In this document: in pieces, positions 23,701 to 32,240 of the stretch | Layout of the letters: every line of letters begins with the position of its first letter | Numbering within the stretch: the stretch's first letter is position 1 | Source of the DNA: Bispira polyomma | Lineage: Eukaryota | DNA length: 64,000 bases | Assembly: GCA_965649765.1 (NCBI GenBank) | Contig: OZ287752.1 | Location: forward strand, 78,368,001 to 78,432,000 | Reading direction: 5' to 3' | The notes under the pieces: model-generated | Told to the model about the DNA's origin: nothing | The model's database searches: none | The model's input: the letters and a program-made list of their open reading frames with translations, nothing else | Made by a program: the position numbers and the translations under genes

Positions 23701-26700
23701 TTAAAATGATCAATTATTCATGGAAGGATTTGTGTAAAAAACAAAAGGAATTAAATCCAATCCAAATCCAAAATCATTTTTTAGCAAAAGGAGCTAAAAT
23801 CCTTTCACATTCTTTAAAAAAAGGATTTAAATCCATCAAATCCAAATCGTTTTAAGGATTTGACCCCAACACTGCATGCTTTATCATTTTTGTATTGTAA
23901 TATATTGTATTAAAAAAAAAAAACTTATTGGGTTATAGGGGCTTTTCAATACATTACAAACTCTATTATCTTAACTTTTATTGATTTCTTATTTTTATTT
24001 TGGCAAATTTATGTTTGCCTATTGTTTCATACCGCAAATGCATCTTCTATTTTAACATAACACCAGTTAATTGTCAATATCTAGTTATAATAAGAATTCA
24101 AAAGACATAAAGTGACCACTAAGGTCATAACCCAGTTAATTGTTACTATAGCTAAAGTTTTCATGTACTACATGATATTAATAAAATATAACCAAGTCTA
24201 GTAAAACCATTTAAGACATGAACTTTTTTGTTATCCAAACAAAATCTTGCTCTCCTAACAATGTGTTCATGTAATAGTGGTTTTTACTGCATATTGTTTA
24301 CACACCCGTATAGTAACGGAACCCAAAGAGTTGAAGCTACGGGAAGTGGATTACAATAAAATGGAGGCTGATGGAAAGAGGGAGAGGCAGAGTCGGAAAG
24401 CTGTGTACTTGGAAATCGAGACGACGCCTCAGTCTAACAGCGTGCCTAAGACCAAGAAGAAAGCGTCAATTTCGCCTTCAAAGAGGAAAGAAAAGGAGAA
24501 CAATGAAAATCTGAAGATCAGGAGACACGAGGACGCGGAGCCAACAAGGTCAAATCAGTGGTCAAGGTCATCCACGAGGCGACAGCGTGACCTGGAGCCA
24601 GAGAGGTCAGATATGGGGGTCCAGGTGGGTGGCATTGATTACAGGTTGTTACTAGGGATTATCAAAATTTCAGAGTTTGGCCAGTCGTGGAATATTTTTG
24701 AAATGTAGTTTATCCTACATGCTACGCTGGTGTACAACTTGAACTAAGTAAAATAAATGTCAAATAGATGAGTTTTCTACGTGATCTACCAATGTGACTT
24801 GATATATTTTGCGATTTTCAGATTTTTTTGGTTTAAATTAATTTGTCGCTGAAAGTTGTCACTCCTTTCCATAGGTCACCGTTTAGCTAATATTAAAAAG
24901 GGCATTTAATACAGTTTGTGAATCTGTGTTTATAATAAGAAATATTTGAATAAAAGAACTTTGTACAATACAGTACTGCGGTTATCTTACATAAATATGA
25001 CCGCTTATAACACTTTATGCTTTAAAATACTTGTCATTAAAGGTGCAAATTGTATTATGTCATTCTCTCTTACAGTGAGAAAAAATTTATGTGAAAACCA
25101 GTACAGAGGACATAATTCATTGATTGGTGTATTTGCAAAGCTATTTTTGTTTTCAATGATTGTCCATGTGCATGTGCTTTATTATGTGTATCGGCCAATA
25201 CTCCTACTTAAATTCGCAGGGTACCCAGATTTCAGACGGTTAGGAGTTTTTTTTTAGTAGCCATCACACCCCAAGTTGAAAGTGATGTAAAAAACCCTAA
25301 CTTAATTCAAATTCTGTTTAATCAGATAACTCCAAAAGCCAAGAGCCGAGACTTTGGCGCCACGTGTCCGACCCCTCTGGTTGTCAGTCCAGCTGTGGAG
25401 AGAGAGGTGAGGAAGGTTACCATGGTATCGGCGGCCATTCAGACAGAGCTGGAGGCTAAGGCGTCTCATCAGAGGAGTTGTAAGGGGAGTGAGACGAAGC
25501 AGGGTCGCTGTAGGGATCATCACTCCTCCCCAGGAATGTTTACTCCGGAGCAGTCGGATACAGATGTCTCCATGACAACCGCCATAAGGAAGAGTCAACA
25601 CAAGAGGCCCGTAAAGGCAGCCCAGGGTAAGTGGTAGTGTGTAGTTTTATTACATGACTCTAGATGCTGGAAATAACTAACCCCTTGATATGGCCTCCCA
25701 GTTGAGCTTAGATTACGTGAAACACTTTTTGAAAAAAGCCTAAAACCCATCTGTACCAACTCTCTTTTCCACCTTTAACTTTTGTCTGCTGGTCACGACT
25801 GAACTCTGGTCACAAACCTTTTCTTCCTATAGGACTTTATCTTTTGCATTCTGATTTGGATGGTCATCGAATGTGACGCTGCAGAAGTAATTTACATTTT
25901 ACATTTCTTTAAAGTCGCTTACACCCTCTGTAGTTCCCTCCCTGTGCTCCCCCACATCCTTCTTACGACCGTGGCTATGTCTTCTGGACTACAAACAATA
26001 CAAAATATAATACAGAATGCTATATTTTTCTGAGAATTACACCCGCTTACTCGATGGCTTAATATGTAGGGTATATACTGCACTCTTGTGACATATATAC
26101 CCTATATCTTCATCCATAGAGTGGATTTTTGCATGATTATGCCAATGCTTATTGGCATAATCATGTTTTCCTGGAGAAAGAAGGAGATAGTGGAAGACCC
26201 TTGGTTACGCATGGTTACAACGTGTCAACAGGGTAATCTCTGAATCTGTAGGGAGTTGTGCTCTTATATTTACTATATACACACTCTTTTGTCTCTAGTT
26301 GGTCCAAAATTAATTTGGTGTGAATATGAATATATAGTAAAAGTTATTCAAGTTTTATATATTGGGAGCCTCAGATTTGATTGAAGGGTCTATTACCGCC
26401 CATTTCAAATGGTTTCAAAAGGAATATATATACAGTTTTTGACAAACATTAGGTTTGGGAAGATATATAACATATATATATACATACTTTGGTTGATTGG
26501 TAGTTGTGGCTGTAAGGTATATAAAATTTGCCACCTAGTTAGTAATTTATATACCCCATATCTTCGCCTTTAGAGTGGATTTTTAGTAACATATTTACTC
26601 TAAATCTCCGCCCATAGAGTAGATTTTGCAAATATTTAAACTTTCAGTACTAACACAAATTTTGATTATTATTAGAAAGGTTATTTGTCTAAGCTATTCT

Positions 26701-29700
26701 TCTGCATAAACACAAATGACTAAGTGGGATATAGGCAAAAAGGAGTTTTTTTATTGGTTCATATAATTGGCTTCAAATACAGCTTTAGTAATGTCTGAAA
26801 TTATTACTTTTGATATAATTAAGTAGGATAACTTCTTCTAAGTTGTAAAAATAATCTAAGTTTATTCGTTAAATGTTTATTGGTTAAATGGATGGATTGT
26901 TGTATAAATTGTTAAGGAGTTCCCATGGTATTGATGTATTAATCAGCGATCTGTTTTCATACATACAGAGGGTGTGTCGTGGTTTGTGCCCATGAAAGAA
27001 CCCAAGCCTTGGAGAAAACCCCTCCGGGAGAGGCAAGCTAATGCAATTGCCATGGAAACATGGCCTCAAATGGACGAGTTTACCCGCAGAAAACTGGAGG
27101 AATTAACACTAGGGGTGGATCACCGGAACAAATCGTTGGACTTGGCTGGACTTGAGGGAAAGAAGGAACAGGGCAGTTTGCAGGTAGGATTGGAGATATA
27201 CAGTCTGAGCTGACCTAGTGCCCTAAACTGCCCTAAATTTCATATTTTAATTTACGAATAGCTTGAAGTGATGATATTGTGGATTAAAGAGGTATCTTTC
27301 TTCACGGCCCTGAAAAAAAATATTAAATTTTTCAATTTTAGTTTTAATTTTCTATTTACAAATATATTATTTTCGGGGACTTACATAAAGTTCTGTTAAT
27401 TGTTTCCTTTTAAGTTATATGTGTAGTCATTTTAGTGGCAACTCGCCGGTAATTCGTAACTATGCCAGTTTTCCCTTTGTTCTAATAGTATTGAGCAACC
27501 ACTTTTCATAACACCAAGGTCTACAAAATTAGTTTTCAATATTGCAACTAAAAAGTCTGGTAAGAGCTGACAAAACTACGAGACCAAGACTTACATTAGT
27601 ATCAATGTCTGGACACCACATTCAGCTTATAGAAAGATTAACCCCCTTCAGTTACCGCCAATAGTTTTCTCCTAGGGTCGAAAGGGTTAATATTATATTC
27701 TGTCAGTAATATTGTAATAATTATCTCTGTTATACCTTGTATTTCTGTGCTCACATTCCTAGTTTGAGAAGTAAGACCCAGTATTTCTGTGCTCACAGCC
27801 TCAGTTTGAGAAAACAAAAACTTGTATTTTTTGTGATCACAGTGTCAATTTGAGAAGTAATACCCTGTATATCTTTACTCACAGCCTCAGTTTGAGAAGT
27901 AATACCCTGTATTTCTGTACTCACAGCCTCAGTTTAAGAAGTAATACCCTGTATTTCTGTACTCACAGCCTCAGTTTAAAAAGTAATACCCTGTATTTCT
28001 GTGCTCACAATCTCAGTTTGGAAAGTAATACTCTGTATTTCTGTGATCACTGTCTCAGTTTGCAAAGTAATACTCTGTATTTCTGTGCTCACAGTCTCAG
28101 TTTGAGAAGCAGATGGATGGTTTTATCTCTGCGTCCAGAGAGCGGCAGAAACACATCGCTCTGAGGGCTGAGGAGAGGAAGATCAGTGAGATCCACAGAA
28201 GTGAGAGGGCCATCTTGTTTAGGGTTGACAAGAAGAGAGAGGCTAATCTGGATGCCATGCCTATCAGTGGTAAGACCTCTAGTCTCCTCTGTTGTGTATA
28301 CTATTAAGACGCAGGTGTATTTCTGAGTTTGCTGTCGTAGTTTTGACTGAAAAATAATCACAATTTTTGCAAAAATAATAGGTTTGTAAATTTATAAAGA
28401 AACTTGCTTCTGCCGAGATCCGAACCGTGGCTCTTGATTAATACTCGCAATCACTAACAGCTGAGCTAAAGGGGAGTCTGAAGCTCAAGTGTTTAATGCG
28501 CTGATATACACGTCTATTACATGCCTCTCCCCGACGAAGACCTGTCCTCATATCTTATACTACTACATCATGACCTCTAGTCTCTTCTGTTGTGTATTTT
28601 ATTAAGACGCAGGTTTATTTCTGGGTTTGCCGTTGTCATTTTGGCAAAAATTTAAATTCTTTTGGATGTATCTTTTATTTTTATCTCTTTTTCTTACACT
28701 TTTTTCCTTTTCCACCGTGTTTTCTCTGTGGCCTGGCAGTTAAGAGTGTTGGATCTTGGATCTCGGTTGGATCCTCGCTGCTGGCCTGGATATTGTACCC
28801 TTGGACAAGGCACTTTACACAAAGTTGTCTACCTCTACCTAGGTGTATGAATGGGTACTTGGCCTCTAATGGGTGTTAGTCTTTGTGTGTTATATGTGGC
28901 AGCATGGCTAGTATGCTTCCTGAGGGAGCTAAGACTGAGTGGAAGAACCCAGGCTGGAGTAATAAATTCAAAAATTCCATCAAAATTTTTTTTTTTTTTG
29001 CAAATTTAAAAAAAAAAATAGTTCTTTCACCATTTTTGGTGGCAAACTTGAATTAATTTCTTCTGCAAAAATGCGGTTATCTCGGAAACGGTGCCAGATG
29101 GAGCGATTTAGGCGAAATTTTGGGTCCGGAGGGTATATGTTTTTCATAAAAATCGCTCTCCCGCTATTTTTGGCGGCCATCAAAATACATTTAACGTCAA
29201 ACAATGTCTCATTGGGATGCTCTGTTATGCTGTGCTGTATTTCCTTTTATTTGCAAAGCAGTACTCTAGTTATTATTATATGTTTACTTGTGTTAGGAGT
29301 AGTTTGTTACACACATCTGTAATGTGCCTTCTCTTGTTAATCTTTAGAAATGCACTACAAACCTAGAAAGAGGTGTATGACCAAACAAGAGATGAGGGAA
29401 TTTACAAAAAAGTAAGTTGCATTTTGTGCGTTTATTAATTTATCATTGTAATATATTGTCTTTGCGCTAGTTAATTAAAAAAAAGAAGGTAGGATTAACA
29501 CAGTCAAACCCCTTTAAGAAGAACTCTGATAAGTGGAATTACCTGTTAAGTTAAAGTTATTATAAGGTCCTATTGCTATATTTCCAATTAAAATTTATTA
29601 AGTAGAATTGTGACAAATTAAGTTAGAAAGATGCACTTGTAAAACTGGATTCATACAAAGCGCATTCACTACTCGTTTACAGCCTGAGTTTATATAATGT

Positions 29701-30978
29701 TCAGCTATAATTTACCAAGAAATGGAATTAAATTGTGCAAATACATGTATTGGGCATTCAACTTATAATCTTCATTGATGTTCTAGCGGGCGCGGTGGCC
29801 TAGTGGTTACAAGCTCTTGCTAATAATCACTGGTCTCTCGCCAATGTGGGTTTGAATCCCATTGGTTCTGTCATGTGGGAAAGTTTGTTAGGTCAATGGT
29901 TTACAGTGGCTTTAACACCATAAAATTTCTTCCCCCATCAAATCTGGCCGTTGTAACATGTCTTAAGCTATTGAAAGCGATGCGGAAATAGTTATACAAT
30001 ACCGTATTTTTGGAGAAAAAAAATTAGGGTTGGATATGGTGAAAAAAAGTGGGAAACACCAACCTGTATTATTACTTGTATCACAGTGACTATAAAAGTT
30101 GTATACAAATGTAATTTGATTCATCTAAGAATACTTAATGAGTTCATGAATTGTCAGTACATCAGAAAAATTACAACAGAGTAATATGTTTATCTGTAAA
30201 AATATATTTATAAAATTGTATTAATTGACAATTTTATTAAATAACTAGTATTTCCCTCTGTATATTCACATTCATTTGTTTATAAAAATACAACTTAAAT
30301 TTATAATACATTATAGACCCAAAAGTAAAGTTACAGACCTGTTGGCCAGAAAAATAGTATTAAAATAGTAGTAGTTTTGTTCGGTGGTTTCTAGTACAGT
30401 GACTTTTAGAATTTTGCCGACCTAAGTACATAGTTCTGTTTTATTTTTTGCAGGAAATATGCCAAATTGCCAGAGGTGACACAAAAACAAGAGGACAAGA
30501 AACGGGAGGAAGCGTCTAAGACGAACCGACTGCGTGCACAGATGTTTAGACAGGTAGGGTACAATAGTAAAATTACCCAGGTAACGCAAATTTTTTTTTA
30601 AATGCTATCACAAGAGAAAATAAATCCATATTTCCATATATCCTCTGGTCTGTATTCTCCTCTGTATGCTCTGTGTACATAACCAAGTGGATAATAAAAC
30701 AGTAAAAGGACCCCAGTGTTGGTGGATATTAAAAACAAATTATACAACAAAAGTAGATTACGGCACACAGTGAGCCTGGTAGCTACCAGGGCCTTGGCCA
30801 TTTAAGCTTATGCATAACATGGTGAACTTTTATGGGATCTAAAGTGCTGTTGATTACAATAGAAAAGGAATATTGACTGTGTGCACCTTTAAATATCATT
30901 GGTTTGTGTTTTTGTTTGTCACAGAGGGTGCAGTCTAAGGTACTACAGAAGAGAACTCCCTCTTTAGATCTCCCATAG
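5593..30978 (+). CDS. ALMS1: ALMS1-like centrosome/basal body protein, 3' 15 coding exons (5' exons upstream of window)
   Basis: Exons 5593-5739, 7370-7589, 8663-8934, 9219-9448, 9726-10031, 16828-16947, 17680-17872, 21159-22815, 24314-24624, 25326-25626, 26969-27183, 28095-28269, 29348-29411, 30454-30553, 30925-30978 all have AG/GT boundaries with matching phases and give one open frame. Motifs LRPYKPPGSREFYYV, SETTVESTHPGSDDAVGP, EGVSWFVP..PWRKPLRE and the ALMS motif (LQ..FISASRERQK..EMREFTKKKYAKLPEV..NRLRAQMFRQRV) match vertebrate ALMS1 as I recall it. Confidence 0.9.
5723..5976 (+). repeat. ~41-43 bp tandem repeat (~6 units) spanning an exon donor junction
   Basis: Unit aaccttaGGCCTTATAA|GTGAGTcttatatctgtacactgtgt; the first unit is the real exon end. 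Confidence 0.9.
7370..7589 (+). CDS. ALMS1: ALMS1-like exon
   Basis: tttcag| PPGSREFYYVETG..TTVESTHPGSDDA..EQSM |gtgggt. Confidence 0.9.
8325..8580 (-). mobile_element. tRNA-derived SINE with target-site duplication
   Basis: Minus-strand head has A box TGGCCTAGTGG and B box GTTCGAATCC, tail is (CAAATT)n-like; flanking direct repeat TATATAGTGTATAGT at 8310-8324 and 8581-8595. Confidence 0.88.
8663..8934 (+). CDS. ALMS1: ALMS1-like exon
   Basis: catcag| VQESADAE..EASY(R) |gtagag; phase-consistent with neighbours. Confidence 0.8.
9219..9448 (+). CDS. ALMS1: ALMS1-like exon
   Basis: ctttag| SRSNYDVR..QQERN |gtatgc. Confidence 0.75.
9726..10031 (+). CDS. ALMS1: ALMS1-like exon (coiled-coil-like)
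   Basis: tttcag| LLQRQKNDWEEVR..DDTSR |gtgagt. Confidence 0.85.
10811..11019 (+). repeat. DIRS left inverted LTR
   Basis: Reverse complement of 16479-~16668 with only a few mismatches, plus a unique 5' extension TTTATAGCGAAAAATGCCC. Confidence 0.93.
11077..12856 (+). pseudogene. DIRS ORF1 (gag-like, N-terminal Cys/His zinc-finger), frameshifted
   Basis: MAQVEAIKKGQRGSVYCGHYMLDSDLH..KCRD..GEDSCV....CQIC; frameshifts near 11165 and ~11975 link ORFs 11307-11984 and 12062-12856; RGG-rich C-terminus. Confidence 0.8.
12732..14912 (+). CDS. DIRS pol: reverse transcriptase + RNase H + DAM-type methyltransferase-like domain (726 aa open frame)
   Basis: WRPVIDL, DLTDAYFHIPI, ALPFG, YLDDWL; LFTDES, HINILEL, SDN, HIPGNLNVIADSL; VDMFAT..DAL..W..AF..IAPGWP...WF. 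Confidence 0.93.
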   Translation: MLPFSRVIFAPTTKIRPNRTKDKVILLPEVPPEVVEEEGGSDSLKVRPMLPGARLKDYWEVWAHLKAHPRIIRILREGYCLPFKNLPPLSNFPMVKSSYTNILKQTVLEEAVLQMLQKRAISPVQKPNSLGFYSRLFLVPKPEEKWRPVIDLSAVNEFLHLSTFKMETAEVIRTSLQKGKWVASIDLTDAYFHIPIHQKYKKFLRFNVGDKSYQFTALPFGIASAPLEFTRVVKEVKLIALAQGLRIHQYLDDWLLRSRTKEACYRDMHSLLQLIRSLGWIVNLKKSDLTPTQQIDFLGYRFDLQRGLVFPTQKKIQKLIQSAVSICDCRFTTPRKLMSLIGVMASLEKMVPLGRIHMRPFQWFLKSSWRFPQTLDISISITQVLRHHLQWWLTLDNLTKGSPLHPLEHNVLLFTDESENGWGAHLKDSKVWAVWQPLERSLHINILELKAVFLALKYFRKEVMGEMVLISSDNSTVMSYLNKQGGTHSLELCALTWRIMVWSNARGIQIRAKHIPGNLNVIADSLCRGDKTIQTEWSLHPQVFRLICQTWYTPMVDMFATSLNKKLPMYISPVPDDQAWEIDALSISWEALDGCAFCPVAIIPKLVQKMVTYSMIVIAPGWPGMSWFWDLVDLSTRPPLHLPLWPRLLKQPFGNRFHQNLEFLNLHVWHLDSRSKKPGDSLMRWQTELRHLREHPLGKSMNQGCPFFKSSAERVRWTSQSLLSPA
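14765..15806 (+). pseudogene. DIRS tyrosine recombinase core of copy 2, disrupted
   Basis: Same R..HxxR..W..Y motifs as copy 1; TAG at 14861, 2-nt deletion near 15017, TGA at 15639-15641; natural TAA at 15804-15806. Confidence 0.88.
16320..16422 (+). other. DIRS internal complementary region (ICR)
   Basis: The 5' half is the reverse complement of the element's left end and the 3' half is the reverse complement of its right end. Confidence 0.93.
16479..16711 (+). repeat. DIRS right inverted LTR with 3' extension
   Basis: Inverted match to the left LTR, ending AATTTTTAAATTTGGCAA. Confidence 0.93.
16828..16947 (+). CDS. ALMS1: ALMS1-like exon
   Basis: ccccag| (D)TSRLSLGG..FMKYHP |gtacca; 120 nt, phase 1-1. 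Confidence 0.75.
17680..17872 (+). CDS. ALMS1: ALMS1-like exon
   Basis: ttatag| (A)SATRDAAP..EQERAA(R) |gttaag. Confidence 0.8.
17864..19987 (+). repeat. 2.1-kb minisatellite, 46/53-bp units, starting at the exon donor
   Basis: Unit GGCAGCCAG|GTTAAGTACTGGAAGGTATGTCTTGGTATTTGGTAAG, roughly 40-45 copies. Confidence 0.95.
20957..21139. mobile_element. Tc1/pogo-type MITE
   Basis: CAGTAGAGCCTCTATT...AATAAAGGTTCTACTG; same family as 4803-4968. Confidence 0.65.
21159..22815 (+). CDS. ALMS1: ALMS1-like large exon (disordered, RSGSPYG repeats, short coiled coil)
   Basis: tttcag|..|gtgagt; contains ORF 21204-22952 up to QAQR(G). Confidence 0.9.
22880..23212 (+). mobile_element. Degenerate CR1/L2-type LINE 3' fragment
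   Basis: Remnants of L(H/Y)WLP and FRKKLKTYLF-like C-terminal RT coding. Confidence 0.5.
24314..24624 (+). CDS. ALMS1: ALMS1-like exon
   Basis: gtatag| (V)TEPKELK..SDMGVQ |gtgggt. Confidence 0.85.
25326..25626 (+). CDS. ALMS1: ALMS1-like exon
   Basis: aatcag| ITPKAKSRDFGATCPTP..VKAAQ |gtaagt. Confidence 0.85.
26969..27183 (+). CDS. ALMS1: ALMS1-like exon (SWFVP/PWRKPLRE)
   Basis: atacag| (E)GVSWFVP..QGSLQ |gtagga. Confidence 0.9.
27739..28109 (+). repeat. 42-bp tandem repeat (9 units) spanning an acceptor junction
   Basis: Unit TGTATTTCTGTGCTCACAG|YCTCAGTTTGAGAAGtaataccc; the last unit is the real acceptor and exon start. Confidence 0.93.
28095..28269 (+). CDS. ALMS1: ALMS1-like exon (start of ALMS motif)
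   Basis: tcacag| SQFEKQMDGFISASRERQK..AMPIS |gtaaga. Confidence 0.9.
28727..28965 (+). mobile_element. Degenerate tRNA-derived SINE (CORE-like middle)
   Basis: Degenerate A/B boxes followed by GTACCCTTGGACAAGGCACTTTAC and AATGGGTAC. Confidence 0.5.
29348..29411 (+). CDS. ALMS1: ALMS1-like exon (ALMS motif)
   Basis: ctttag| (E)MHYKPRKRCMTKQEMREFTK(K) |gtaagt. Confidence 0.88.
29787..29985 (+). mobile_element. tRNA-derived SINE
   Basis: GCGCGGTGGCCTAGTGGTTA..GGTTTGAATCCC head; homologous to 8325-8580. Confidence 0.75.
30454..30553 (+). CDS. ALMS1: ALMS1-like exon (ALMS motif)
   Basis: ttgcag| KYAKLPEVTQKQEDKKREEASKTNRLRAQMFRQ |gtaggg. Confidence 0.92.
30925..30978 (+). CDS. ALMS1: ALMS1-like last coding exon
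   Basis: tcacag| RVQSKVLQKRTPSLDLP* (TAG). Confidence 0.85.
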   Translation, partial: RVQSKVLQKRTPSLDLP

Positions 30979-31419
30979 AGAAACCCATGTACTAGCAGGA
31001 GAGACAAGGAATAAAATAGACTACCTGATAAAATGGTCGAAGTGCACAGAAATTGAACACCCTGACAGTGCACAAGTTCGCCACAAGATGGGGGAACATG
31101 GAAATATAGCCTCTAAACTAGAAAACAAAATTTTTTTTTTTTTTTGGAATAAGCGTGAAATTTTCTTAAATACCATAATAGACGGTCTTTATGATAGAAA
31201 TGTAAAATCATCACCTTTGTACTTTGGCGAATAATGGATGACCTTCCAGTATAATGGACTTACGCATGCTTGCTTGACCATTAATTCCACTGGAAGTGCT
31301 GTCCATTATTTGCCAAACAAACTAGGCTTGTTCTCTCCTTTCGTTCTCCACATTCGACCCTCGGTTGTCCAAACATCTTTGGGGGAGTGGTAATATGTTC
31401 GGTTAATAGAGAGAAGATA

Positions 31420-32240
31420 GTAGTGGCAGTGAAGTACAGTAGAAACTTTATTATCCAAACACATACTGGGAGTGGGAAGGTTTTGTACCTATGTAATACA
31501 GTAGACTCTGTATAACTCAAACCTCCAATATCCACAGGATTTGATTCTAGTTACAGCTAACTCCCACTTATACCTACAAAAATACAGCAATTTCTGATGT
31601 TGGGACCTCAAAACTGGTTCCGCTAAAATCTAAATTCGACTTACACTGGTTCTACTTACACAGAGTCTACTGTAGTGGGTCGTAAAAAAGAAGGAATGTC
31701 TCTGCATAAACCATTCATTTTGAGAGAGAGATAGAGCAGAAATAAATTTAGAAAATGGAGCTAATCAATTTACTGTATAAAACAATAGGGGAAGTGATGA
31801 TGAGTTCATAAACATTCAGTAATTGGACAACAGAAGTGAACAACTTTGGATAATAGAGTTTGTGTTGTATGAATAGAGACATGGAGGTGTTTGGTGCAGA
31901 CAAATACAACAAAGAAAAACAGTTAATTATCTCCCAGCTGTGGAGTAGTTTGATGTACAGTAGAACCTCTATTATCCAAACACTATTGAGAATGTTCTTA
32001 TTAAATGGAAGCCGCATTCAACCATAAAACAGTAAAAAAAATGTAAATTTGGAAAAATGTGAATGTGTGTTGATAAAATGTTTCTAGATAATAAAAGCTT
32101 GGAAAATAGGGGTTCTACACTGTACTTCACTTGCTCTAGTCGTTAATCTAAGAATCATGGAAAATAAAGTTTAAAAGATAACGTTGTTTTAATAGTGTTC
32201 TGATAATAAAAGTTTGGAAAATAGAGTTTCTATGCCTACT
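31420..32240. mobile_element. Cluster of nested or fragmented Tc1/pogo-type MITEs
   Basis: CAGTAGAAACTTTATTATCC (31437), CAGTAGACTCTGT..ACAGAGTCTACTG (31499-31672), CAGTAGAACCTCTATTATCC (31958). Confidence 0.55.

Noticed and set aside
26090-26640. Further junction-anchored array (TATACCC.ATATCTTC..ATAGAGTGGATTTT copies)
   Set aside because: The copies are mid-intron and do not include a splice site or exon sequence.
27850-28164. 104-aa repetitive ORF (SNTLYFCAHSLSL)
   Set aside because: It is a by-product of the 42-bp array and lies in a different frame from the ALMS-motif exon.
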